From Epithemia pelagica (lineage: Eukaryota; Protista; Bacillariophyta), in the NCBI GenBank assembly GCA_946965045.2, contig OX337241.1, positions 1,550,001-1,614,000 of the forward strand: DNA of 64,000 nt. Direction: 5' to 3'. Made by a program: the position numbers and the translations under genes. A model generated the notes under the pieces. The model was given only the letters and a program-made list of their open reading frames with translations, was not told the DNA's origin and did not search any database. Of this stretch, positions 44,229-55,762 are shown piece after piece; position 1 is the first letter of the stretch; the number at the start of each line of letters is the position of its first letter.

Positions 44229-45563
44229 GTATGTTGTACGTTGTACTCCCTCATAGCACAAATAGAAGTAGCAGCTTCATACGAAGTCGTTTATGCATGG
44301 ACTCTTACAGGCAGGGAGTACCTGTAAAGTTCACACTTCACACTCACACGCCCGCATGCCATGGTACTATATTCTGCTACAGTAATTACTAGTGCAACGT
44401 AGTTAGTACTTTTTGCGAAACAAGTTGGGCACTGTCTGTCGTATTCACATCAGTCGTGAGTCATGGGACAAGACTTTTGGGGGGGGACTCGGACTCCCAG
44501 CTCCCACGCTGGGTTGTGTTTGTTGGGCGATGTCGATGTCGTCAGTCGTCATGTCGCAGTGGATGCGACGAACATGTGCCCTTATCCAGCCCTGCCATCT
44601 TCTAAATTGAGTCACGTTACATCATGACTGACTGATCCGCATGCCGACACAGACACACCAATATTCGATCATGGAAATTACTCTTCTCAGAAGAAAAGAC
44701 GGAATCAAAGAAGCAAATGGTAATGCCTTAGACGTTTGACGCTCAGAGACAATAGAGGGGGCAACAATGCCTACTTCGTTCTGTAACCCTCAAGTGTAAG
44801 AGATCAAGTTAAGGCACTTGAACCTGAAACATATTGGCAAAGATGATCTACTCGGAAAAATACGCCTATATTGCTTTCTTTTCTCTCCGTCACAATAAAC
44901 GATGGAAATCTTCACAAAATGAACCATAGAGTCACTCTTATCGAACTTCTCAAATGGTTCCTAGAGCTCAATAAAAAACGTAGGACTGCATCCAGCTTCA
45001 AAGTGTCTGTTTTATTCATGATGTTGGCAGCAACGATAAATCAAGAAGGTCATCAGAATCACAGCTATCGATCCACCATGTCAAGATCAAGTTGCGTCTT
45101 GTTACGGCTTTGATGGAAAGAAGCCGTCAAGTGATAGGTAATCCACGAATGGCACAAAAAAATTTCGCTTTGGCTATTCCACCTCTTCTCATGATAGACG
45201 TGCTTGTGCTTGTCCCCAAACGAACAAGGAAGGACAATGAACGGTTCGTTGTCCGTCCAAATTCTGGCGAGCGCAAGTACTTCTTCTATCGCCCCGCGCG
45301 CCCATTCGTAGCTAGGCGCAGGATACGCAAGACTCCGCATATAGAACGCGTGCTTTTCCGTTATATGCGTTAGATTTCGCATATCCTCTCCACCGGCAAG
45401 CAGCGAGGTGCAACGGCAACGGCCAAGCTAAATCCCATGACACGACAAAACAAACTTGGAACTTGGAAGAGCGAGAGCACCTCGGATCTCGGATACCAAC
45501 AAGGTCGTGGACATTGTAGACGTGATTGACGCGAAAGGGCGACAACTAGAAGACTTGACAACC

Positions 45564-47958
45564 ATGATGATGACAAGGAGGGCCCCGTCTAACCGCCCCA
45601 TGTTGTCGTGGTATCTCGTCGTTCTTGTTCTCGCTTTGCGAGTCGTTGGCTCGGAACAGAGTACCATCATTCAAGGTTGTCCGCGAGGGAAGCCTGCTGT
45701 CACTATTTCGGCAAAGAGTGATGGATTGATGACAGTGATAGCGCAAAGTGAACAGTCAATTGAAGCGGGAGGATTTCAACTTTATGCAAATAATCATCCC
45801 TTGTTACCACAAACAGATCCTCATGCACCAAGAGTCAAGTTTCCGACCAGAGAGGTCAATTCGATAACGATCGAACGAACGAGTTCCTTCTTCCAAGCTT
45901 TTCTGCTGCGCCTCGAAGGTGGAAAAACAGGTTCAAATCCTATTTCGGCCATGAATGTACCCGACCATGGGATAGCCCAATACTCCATTCCATGCTTTGT
46001 TGACAAGGTACGTTTTTGGTATGGCCAAGTGAACTGGAACTTATTTGTTCAGGGCCTCTCTCATTTCTTTTGATATAATGTCTTCTTGGTTCCCAAATAC
46101 AACAGGTTGTTGGCGTTACAAGTGTTGGTTATGAAAACAAATCTGCCGTGACAATCGAGCTGGTTTTCGACGAGGAAGATTACGGAATACCAGTGGATAT
46201 AACAATCGTAGCCGACGACACAATGTCGGGGAAAACGTCCCGTCACTACTTTCACACCACCATATTTTTGGACGCGGTGGATGTTACTGAAAAACCACGA
46301 GAATCAGTTCGACGAAGATTGAACGACTCCATTCTCGCACCCTCCGATGAACCAAGCGGTGCACCGTCTTCGTCTCCGTCAAGTGCACCAGTAAACGCAG
46401 CATCTCCTGGTGACACGGTTCCTTCAGCATCTCCATCCGTTCTGCCTTCGTCGCTGCCGTCCGTGATTCCATCCAATCTGCCCAGCACCGAGCCTTCCAT
46501 TCTTCCATCGCTTTCACCATCATTTGCCCCTTCCTTGACCCCTTCTGCCTTCCCCAGTCAAAGTCCCATTGGTCAACCGTCGTCCGCGCCCTCGGAAACT
46601 CCCTCTGTGGTACCATCAGAACAACCTAGCTCGTTCCCATCAGGACTCCCAAGTTCGTTTCCAAGCTCCAGTCCATCAAAAGTACCCTCTCAAGTAGTTG
46701 TATCTGACGATACTCCAACTCCGGCACCTTTTCCTCCGGAAAGATTTGTGTCAGGAGAAGTTACAGGGGCCCAAATAACGCTTGATAACGTCGGAGAACT
46801 TGATGAGAATGCCCAAAGAAGTTTCGAAGGTGCATTGGATGGTTGGTACGAAAGCAATTACGACGACTCTGTCCGGACGAGGCGTCGACTGGAACTGGCA
46901 AAAGTGAAGAGCGTTGAAATAACTACATGTAAGTATCTGTACCCTCGTCTCTACTTGGAGCCAGATTTGCGGCTTAACCTTCTGATATGGATGTCTCGAC
47001 GACATTTTTAGTCTTCAGGGATCAGATACCTATGGAAGGCAACAATACAATAATTTACGACCAACTCGTCGCATTCGAGACATTCGACTCGGAAGTTGAT
47101 ATTCGTAACGTTCTTTTGGACCCCTTTGAGGACACAGCGCTCAACTTTTTCTTACGAGAGAGGTTGATTGCCAGCAATGATGCATTCGCGAACTTACCCA
47201 ACGGAGAAATTGCGCCTGCGCTTCTCCCCGCTGACGAACCTAGCGAGGAGGAGGACGACGAATTTAGTTTTGCGCTCATTATTGGCATCGGGGTTGCTGG
47301 AGCTGCTGTCGTTGCATTTCTTTTGCTTGTACTCTTCCGGTGTTCATTTGGAAGACGTAAGAACAAGTTTGTTCCTACTCCTGATCAACAACCTGCGCAA
47401 TCTAGGTTCTCTGTACAAGACTCCGATGAACCCGATATCAGAAAGCCTCTTGATCCAAGGCTTTCCAGGAGTCTTGATGATTCGCTGGGGTATGGTGATC
47501 AGAGTGTCAACACAATGGAATACGATTACGCCAAGGCCTTTGGGGGTGGCATGGCTGATCGTTCCGTTGCTTCTAGTGCAAGTGGAGCAAAACATAAAAA
47601 TTCGATTCTGGCAGAGATGATGGACCTTGAAGGAAGCCCATCCGCGCTGGGAAGTCGACCAGAAGAGGATGTTGACGATGGAATGCCATTGATCAAATCG
47701 GAAACCTATCATGTCAATGCACCACCAGGAAAATTAGGTGTTGTTATTGACACGCCAGACAACGGACCACCGGTGGTCCATGCTGTGAAAGACTCGTCGG
47801 TCCTTTTCGACCAGATTCACGTCGGCGACAAACTCATGAAAGTGGATGACGAAGATGTGACCACTATGACGGCTGTGCGAGTGTCGAAACTCATCAGCCA
47901 CAAATCGGCCAACGAAATACGGAAGCTCACGTTGCGACGAGATGTGGTAATGGACTAA
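45564..47958 (+). CDS. Type I membrane protein: signal, Reeler-like domain, PSxxPS stalk, SEA-like domain, TM, cytoplasmic PDZ; introns 46008-46105 and 46929-47011
   Basis: Both GT-AG introns join ORFs 45456, 46148 and 46987 in frame. TM FALIIGIGVAGAAVVAFLLLVLF. PDZ APPGKLGVVID...GDKLMKVDDEDV. The Reeler and SEA calls are by motif resemblance. Confidence 0.8.
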
Positions 47959-48671
47959 GTCGGTCAACACTGATTTTCTGTTTGGGTTCTTGGTCGATTG
48001 TCATATTAATGTTGTCATGTTTATAAAAGAGTATATGATTTTAAGAGTTGCCAGATTCTTTTTCACCCATGTCGAAATTTCTTCGTCATGGTTTGCCTTT
48101 GATGGGAAAATTTCCCGTGAAAATTCGGATCTTGGGAAATGTTGGAGTAGCATTATCTCGGATTGAGAAAGTTCAATTTGCTTCCGACATCAATTTGGCA
48201 CGGTTGGAAATGCTCGTTCCGAACGGTTGCAACGACTTTCGCAGCTAGCTCCCCCTGCGCGCTCCCCTATGAATTGATATGACTCTTGCATGTCAACGGA
48301 AATTGACACGTGACTTTGCGCGCACGCTCTAAGTCGTCATCACCAGAAAACGCCGGACATCTTCATTTGAGTCCCACCGCCGGACGATAGAACTCCGTTG
48401 CAACTGCCACGAACTGTAGAAGGGAGTACAAATTGCACGACGGAAGATGGAAAACAACGTTTTGAAGAGATGAACCAGGATCGATCTGGCAGGATTCTCA
48501 CGACTCCGAGGGGCAGTCAAAGTCTGGCGCATCTCGGAGGATCCAACCGCAAGGACAAACTTTTATGTGAGAGCGTTTGATCCAGGAACGTGGACGACGA
48601 TTCGATCACTTTTCCAACTCTGGATTGTCGATTCCACAAGAAAGGATTAACAACACCCAGAATCTGCAAGA

Positions 48672-50858
48672 ATGATGAGATACATCTCGCTGATCTACCC
48701 TTTGATATTTCTGTGTAACTTGTCCGTGGCGCAAATACTCCCAGAACTGGACTGTACCAGGGATAATCCAGCGTTTGGCCCTGTAGATCTGCGGAGTTCC
48801 TCGTCGGGTCGACTGGTTGACGGTTCCATCTCCTTGACTCAAAACAATGTTGTTGTTTCTCCCAATAGCGCATTGACGGTAACCACTGGAGCTAACGCCA
48901 CGTTTTCAATCTTCCGACAAGGTCAAAATCAGCTTCACGGGTGGTTGATTCGAATAGCTGGAACGAACCCTGGTTCAAGTGCCCTGTTTCTGGAAGATAG
49001 CTTCGATGTCGGAATTGCGTCATTTTGCTCTGGATTGGGTCTTCTGGTATGTCCTATGTTCTCTTGTCGCTTTGCTGTTTGTCGTTTTCTCAGAAGAAGT
49101 TTCTAACCCAGACTTGTGTAGAACGCGTCTGACGTGTCCCTTGCCCCACCAAGTACTTTTGCCGTTGATGGTTTCTTTTTAAATTTTCAGGGTTCCTCTG
49201 ACTATCTTGTGACCATGGATGTGATCGCCTCTGTTTCATCTGACACAAGCTACGAATTCTTTTATGATCGGTTTGATTTAAATATTGTCGTGGCAAGCGA
49301 ACGGCCGTCCTCCAGCCCGACCACAGCTCCGTCTTCCAGTCCATCACAGGCGCCCACCACCAGGCCACCTACACCCCTGCCAACTCCTGGTCCCACGCCC
49401 ATGCCTATCTTCTCCCCAACTCCCGCTCCAGTAGGTTCGACACCCTCACCCACTACGCGTCCACCCACCCCGGCTCCGAATAGTCCTACACCCTCACCCA
49501 CTACACGTTCACCCACCCCGGCTCCGAATAGTCCTACGACTTCTCCGACCAGGGCACCGACTCTATCAACGGATGATTCCACCTCTTCACCAACTGCTCA
49601 GCCTACGTCATCGAGTCCTACGCCAATTCCTGTCTTTACAACGACAATCCTCAATCGTCAACTTGTACTAACTGGTGTACCAGAGATGGACCTGGTCGAG
49701 CAACGACTCTTTGAAGAAACCACGGAAATCTGGCTTGAGGACTACTATCGTTCAGGCACCAGAACGCGTCGTCATCTACTGGAATCAATTTTGGATTTTA
49801 CTACAACGGTTTCATTTCAATCCCAATCCGTCATCAATCCAGACAGCAGCAGCGTCAGGAACACTGTCACGTATAATCAAGAAGTTTCGTACAAACAGTC
49901 ACCCGGCAGTGATACTGTTGTTCCTCTGGAGCTCGTAACGGATCCATTTGAGGATGACACAGCTCGATTGGATTACTTTCAACGATTGAAGGATACCAAC
50001 GCTACCGTCTTTGAAAATATCATCGACGCGACGCCTGACGATTCTTCGGCACAGTTGCAGAACGATGGTGTTGGTAATGGTGATTCTGGTTCAGGCAGTC
50101 AAATCATTATCATCTCAGCTCTGGGAACGTTGGCTGCAGCACTGATTGTTGGCCTCGCTCTTCTAGCACTGTATCGTCGTCGAAAGGCACAGAAACATTT
50201 GCCCATGGATCATAAAGACGAGCTAAAGACTCATTCAAACTATGATGATGAAGAAAGGCCAGCCACGGAGCTTATTATTGCACCAGACGAAGTGAGCGCT
50301 CTTCAAGAGCCGTCAGTTGGAGCCTTTTCCTATGATGCTGAACAAAGCATGTCAACTGGTAAGCAAGATTTCTGAATCAGGATATTGCCCTAACGGGAAG
50401 TGTACTGACTTGTCTCCTGTGTTTCGTTCCATGCAGTGGACTACGACTATGCAAAAGTAGCCAATGGTGGTAATCGATCTGTGATCTCTTCTGCCGCAGG
50501 GACACTAGGTGAAAATACGCGACAAGATTCCTTGACGCAGAATACAGCGAGTGACCCACTCGCCTTAACTCCGTGGTCCAAGCTAGGCCCGAAATACACG
50601 GACAAGCGGAACTTGTTCATCGTCGAAGCCCCAGAGGGGAAATTGGGTGTTGTTGTGGACACACCGGACGAGGGTCCGCCCGTTATTTTTGCCGTCAAGG
50701 ATACATCTGTACTCTATGGCAAGGTCGCTGTAGGAGACCGCTTATTGGCAGTCGATGATGAAGACGTCACTTCCATGTCCGCCGTCAACATTTCCCGTCT
50801 CATCAGTCGCAAAGCAGACCAACCAGTGCGCAAATTCACCTTGATGCGCCGAAAGTAA
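48672..50858 (+). CDS. Paralogous type I membrane protein: signal, Reeler-like, P/T stalk, SEA-like, TM, cytoplasmic PDZ; introns 49047-49121 and 50359-50436
   Basis: Signal peptide MMRYISL...SVA-Q, PTxxPT repeats, [40 protein letters not shown]...[12 protein letters not shown]. The first acceptor could alternatively be 49190. Confidence 0.8.
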
Positions 50859-51637
50859 TCTCTTGCTATAGTGTCACTGCTGACCTCGGTTCGCGGGTTC
50901 ATTGTGTTAAGGGGTGGTTCTTGTATGTGTATATCTTTACGTGCTTTTCGGTTTCCTTGTGTGCACTGTCTGTGGACGGATATCGTCGGTATGAATACTC
51001 TGCCGGATTGATGCATTGGTTATATACTCAAGGTTGGTGGCTCTCGTCTCTCATCAGCTAATGTGTTTCTGTTGATGTGCAAAGCGCTTCAACAGAGGTA
51101 GACCCACCGCTAAAAATACCGTTGGGAGACAATAGTTCTTGCTTCTTTCCTACTCCTATAAATTCATGCGATTAGATTTCATTAGGCGTGATCTCTAGTT
51201 ACCTGTTAGCGTTTTCTAGAGAGACTGTGGAGACCTGTTGTCACTTGCCACCGTTGTTGTACTAACTCCATACCAGACTGTGTAGGTAGTTCGTCTCACA
51301 TTTTTATACTACAGTAGGAATTTTTTGTACGACCGGGAAGTAGTTTCGTGCGAGTCGCGCGGTTTCCCTCTCGTGTGTGACACTTGTATGACACTTGTGT
51401 GACACTTTGTGACATGGCTTCCAGGAATTTCTCACTACCTACACAGCTAGATAGGGAGTAAGTTTACTACTTCCCTGTGTCTGGCCGTCCTCTCGCGTCG
51501 GGCGCGCCCGGCTTGTCGGGAGAATGACTCGACGGGCAATTGTCTTGTCGGACGTGCGCCCTCCTCGACCATTGCCCTCCTCGTCATTCTGCCCTCCGCG
51601 CCGGGCGGTCCCTCCTTGAAAGGACTCGACACCGGGA

Positions 51638-52679
51638 AGTATTAACGCCAATCGTAATCGAGTAGCGCATAGCTGTCTCCGATTTATGGGAGACAGCTAT
51701 GCGCTACTCCCTTAACTTTGACTTCCATTAACTTCATCAAAATTCACTTTCATCCAAATCTGACTTCATCGTTCGATAGATCTTAGAATTCTGAACAACT
51801 TCATATATGATAGTCTACAGTAAAGATCCACTCATGAGCTTGGTATTTGAAACTTGAAAAATTGGTGATTTTCCTCATTTTCACTCATTTACGTCTTCCA
51901 TCGGCTGAGCCCCAACTTTAGTACCCTTTATATATGTGACATCTGCACCGATTGTTGCAGGACTCTCCATTCTGCAAGTCTATATGGCAAAGAAGGCCTT
52001 GACCAAAGGAAATGTCCTTCCGACCCTTCCCTGCGGAAAATGACGACCGTGAGTCGGCGCAACTGGATTCGTCGCGATGGCTCATCGAGCCACATGCCGA
52101 GCAACCCGTCCAAGATATCGATCCCAGATGCCAAGCGACCCGTCCAAGGTGCTACCAACCTTGCACCTGAAGCCAGTACAACAGTACCCGAGGAAGCTGA
52201 TGATGAGGAGGCGGATATACACAAGAAAGAGGAGAAGGACTGCCGACAACAGCAATATGGAAGAAGACGAGAACAAAACACGAGACAACAACGATAATGG
52301 TGAGGACGACGAAACGACAGAAATCCATGGATTGTGAGAACAACAGTAGATAGGAATAAACAGAGATTTGTCAATGTGAAGAGTTATTTTGTTGACTTCT
52401 CGTATCACTACATCATGGTCGCTACATCATGGTCACATCATGGTGCCACCATCATGGACTAGGTGCCACCATCACAGACTAGGTGCCACTTGTATGACGG
52501 AGGGGGCCATTGTAATTCGATGAGACCTGTGTTTTAAGGTTAAAACAGCCTCTGTTAAGGCGCTCGCATGGGAGACAGCAAATTCGAGCATCTGGTTGAC
52601 TCCCATAAAATTTATGGGACACAGCTATTTGATACTCCGATAAGCTTAAAACCCGTTCTTTACGATTGGCGTTAATACT
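51638..52679. mobile_element. Non-autonomous TIR DNA element (~1.04 kb) with palindromic subterminal repeats
   Basis: AGTATTAACGCCAATCGTAA (51638-51657) is inverted at 52660-52679. The motif TATGGGAGACAGC recurs in both orientations at both ends. The TSD is ambiguous (TA or TTAA lie within the inverted repeat). Confidence 0.7.
51660..51709. repeat. Perfect 21-bp-arm hairpin, 8-nt loop
   Basis: GAGTAGCGCATAGCTGTCTCC-GATTTATG-GGAGACAGCTATGCGCTACTC. Confidence 0.95.
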
Positions 52680-52884
52680 ACTCCTCACCAAATCTCCCTA
52701 TGGTGCTATGTTGCCGCCTGCCTCACAACTCACAACACGTAGGAGTAGCTACCCGTTACCCATCGCCATCTCTTTTCGGTCTTGCCGGTGTGCGTCTTTC
52801 TGTATCTTTGGGCAAGATCCAATAAACCGTGCACACACACCCACGTTTGTCGTTTGACATATCTGGCAGAGGAGAGAGGAGGAC

Positions 52885-55671
52885 ATGCCATTCCCTCCGC
52901 CGTATTCAGTGAATGCAGACGAACTTCGAGTGGCTTTGAGTTACTTTACCAAAGAAGTTGATTCTTCAACATTTATCCAACCCACTCGTGGAGACAAAAC
53001 CAGAGCTCCAAACGATCCACAAAAAACCGACACATTGGCATCAACACATCCACCACCCTCTCCCACTGGCCAACCAAACGCTGGTGGAAGTTCCAAGAAA
53101 GCCAAGAAACCAAATCGTAAGGATACTACCAGTGCAAAGCCTCATACCTTAGCACAGACCCCCGCCATGAGTCCAAAGACAGCAGCTGCCGAGTCCACAC
53201 CGACTGATCCTCCCACCTACACTCCACCACCACCTTCGATTCGAAACCTGCAACCTACCAAAGACTGCGCCTCGGCCAAGGTTATCTGGGCCAGTCAAGC
53301 CTTTGATGTTCCCCTAGAGACAGATAAGAAACCTCCTACCGAAGATGAGAGCCGTCCGGTTTTGACACTTCACGGGGAAGAAATCTCAGGGGGTGGCAAT
53401 GCCATGGCCATGGCATTGTCGTTGTACGCAGCCAGCCAGAACAAAATGACGAACCCTGTCAAGATGAGCTCATCTGATTTCTTGCTGCAAGACGAATGGT
53501 GCGAATGGGAACGCACGGTTCTACGTGTGGCGTGGCAAAAAGCAAACAAGCCAAAGGGAGGAAACGACAAGCCTTTGACCGCTGCTTTGGCTCACTTGGA
53601 TTCGCGTCTCCAGCTCAGCGGTGGAGTATGGGTTGTACCTGGAACCTTCACGGTTGCGGACATTGTCTTGGTTTCCACCCTTAGTTCTATCGAAGCCTCT
53701 TCGAAAACAAAATTTCCAGCAGCAGTAGAACGATACATGCAAGCACACAAATCTTCGTGGACCAAGGTGCAGGAAGCACTGGCACTCTCCTGCAAGAATC
53801 AACCAAGCAAACAAAAGAGTGGTGGAGCAACTGGTGCTTTGTCAAAAACATTGCCGCCCATGCCTACTTCTCCGCTACAACTCAATCTAGACCTGCAACA
53901 ACCCAGCTTGGAGAGACTGGTAGATGGTTTGTTTCGTCAAGTCATTGATGTATTGTTTGGCGGTCTTGTGGCATTACCAGCGACCATTGTTACCAAGTGT
54001 GCCAATCAGAAACATGGCGATTATCAATGTAGCGCAGCCATGCCTAGCTTTGCCAGTCTCAAAGGCCAAGGTTTGGTTCCCTCTGAAACTATCAAATCAC
54101 CTCAGGGATTGGCTGCTGCTATTATTGCTGCAATTGGTCCTGACAATCCGGTCGTTATGGAGCCTACCGTGAATGGACCAGGTTTCGTCACGTGTCGAAT
54201 TCGTGCCTCTCTTTTGGATTATCATGTGAACCATTTCTTGACAAGCCAGAAATTGCCCCTGCCTCCTGACCTCAAGCCGCAGGTATGTGTCGTGGATTTC
54301 TCGTCCCCGAACATTGCCAAAGAAATGCACGTGGGGCATTTGCGATCCACCATTATTGGAGAATCTGTCTGTCGCATTCTAGAACTGGTTGGTCACAAGG
54401 TTCATCGTGTCAATCACGTGGGAGACTGGGGGACGCAGTTTGGTATGCTGATCCAATTTCTCAAGGATGAGTATCCGAACGTTTCGTCCGGGGCCGAACT
54501 GCCCAACATTACCGATTTGACTCAATTTTACAAGAGTGCCAAGCAGCGATTTGATGAAAGTGCAGAATTTAAGAAACAATCGCAACTCAATGTCGTCCAG
54601 CTCCAATCGGGCGACGCGGATTGTCTCCGTATATGGAAGTTGCTGTGTGACATTTCGCGCAAGGAATTTGAAAAAGTGTATAATCGTTTGGACGTTACGG
54701 TCGAAGAATGCGGTGAATCGTTTTACAATGATAAAATCCCAGCCGTCATTGAAGAGTTTCAGAAGGCAGGTCTCTTGAAGGAAGAAGAGGGTGGCGCCAA
54801 GGTTGTTTTTACCGATGCCGCCAAGATACCGCTCATGTTACAGAAATCAGACGGTGGATACGGTTACGATTCCACCGATATGGCGGCATTGAAATACCGA
54901 TTGCAAGTTTTGGGAGCTGATCGAGTTATCGTGATTACGGACTTTTCGCAAGCCGACCACTTCAAAATGGTGTACGCCGCCGGTCATGCCATTGGATGGG
55001 TAAATCGCGAACAGCGATTGCAACATATTGGTTTTGGAACCGTGCAAGGGGAAGATGGAAAACGTTTCAAAACGCGATCGGGCGACACGGTCCGACTGGT
55101 CGATTTGTTGGATGAAGCGGCTTCGCGATTGGAAGGGTCCTTGAAGAAACGAATCACGGATGGCGCGTCTCATATATCACTCGAGGAAGCCCACAAAGTG
55201 GCGGAAGCGATTGGATATGGAAGTGTCAAGTATTTTGATTTGCGTCGAAACCCGACAAGCAACTACACTTTTTCCTATGATATGATGCTCGATACCAAGG
55301 GCGATACCGGTGTCTATCTCCTCTACGCACGTGTCCGATTGGAAAGCATTCTTGCCAAAGCGCAAGAAGAACACGGAGCCGATTTAAACAATTTGGGACA
55401 GGTGCAACTGGGCCACCCGTCGGAACGAAACTTGGCCTTGGCGTTGCAACAATTCCCCGACATTGTGACCAAAACGTTGGATGATTTGTTCCCCTATCAT
55501 ATTTGTCATTATGTGTACGAATTGTCCATCGCCGCCTCGGACTTTGTTACCCAGTGTCGAGTATTGGGATCGCCTGAAATGTCCAGTCGTTTGCTCTTGT
55601 GTCAAGCAGCGGTTGCGGCCATGAAACAATCCTTTGACTTGTTGGGCATTCGACATGTACAACGCATTTAG
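52885..55671 (+). CDS. RARS: Arginyl-tRNA synthetase with N-terminal extension containing a GST-C-like domain
   Basis: GDYQCSAAM, VNGPGFV, VVDFSSPNIAKEMHVGHLRSTIIG (HIGH), NHVGDWGTQFG, RFKTRSG, GDTGVYLLYARVRL. Confidence 0.95.
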   Translation: MPFPPPYSVNADELRVALSYFTKEVDSSTFIQPTRGDKTRAPNDPQKTDTLASTHPPPSPTGQPNAGGSSKKAKKPNRKDTTSAKPHTLAQTPAMSPKTAAAESTPTDPPTYTPPPPSIRNLQPTKDCASAKVIWASQAFDVPLETDKKPPTEDESRPVLTLHGEEISGGGNAMAMALSLYAASQNKMTNPVKMSSSDFLLQDEWCEWERTVLRVAWQKANKPKGGNDKPLTAALAHLDSRLQLSGGVWVVPGTFTVADIVLVSTLSSIEASSKTKFPAAVERYMQAHKSSWTKVQEALALSCKNQPSKQKSGGATGALSKTLPPMPTSPLQLNLDLQQPSLERLVDGLFRQVIDVLFGGLVALPATIVTKCANQKHGDYQCSAAMPSFASLKGQGLVPSETIKSPQGLAAAIIAAIGPDNPVVMEPTVNGPGFVTCRIRASLLDYHVNHFLTSQKLPLPPDLKPQVCVVDFSSPNIAKEMHVGHLRSTIIGESVCRILELVGHKVHRVNHVGDWGTQFGMLIQFLKDEYPNVSSGAELPNITDLTQFYKSAKQRFDESAEFKKQSQLNVVQLQSGDADCLRIWKLLCDISRKEFEKVYNRLDVTVEECGESFYNDKIPAVIEEFQKAGLLKEEEGGAKVVFTDAAKIPLMLQKSDGGYGYDSTDMAALKYRLQVLGADRVIVITDFSQADHFKMVYAAGHAIGWVNREQRLQHIGFGTVQGEDGKRFKTRSGDTVRLVDLLDEAASRLEGSLKKRITDGASHISLEEAHKVAEAIGYGSVKYFDLRRNPTSNYTFSYDMMLDTKGDTGVYLLYARVRLESILAKAQEEHGADLNNLGQVQLGHPSERNLALALQQFPDIVTKTLDDLFPYHICHYVYELSIAASDFVTQCRVLGSPEMSSRLLLCQAAVAAMKQSFDLLGIRHVQRI

Positions 55672-55762
55672 ATGTCGTTCCAATATCTAGAAACAGTATT
55701 ATTTATTCATTGCATATAACGCCGTTTTATTTGAGGCCATGTTGTGATTCGAGACTATTAAA

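Noticed and set aside
44650-45400. Short ORFs right of element A (44871-45113, 45065-45382, 45092-45373)
   Set aside because: Multiple stops in all frames and no transposase or other motif recognised.
51360-51640. TGTGACACT x4 and GCCCTCC x3 short repeats left of the TIR element
   Set aside because: No terminal structure or partner repeat. Could be promoter or TE debris but cannot be supported.
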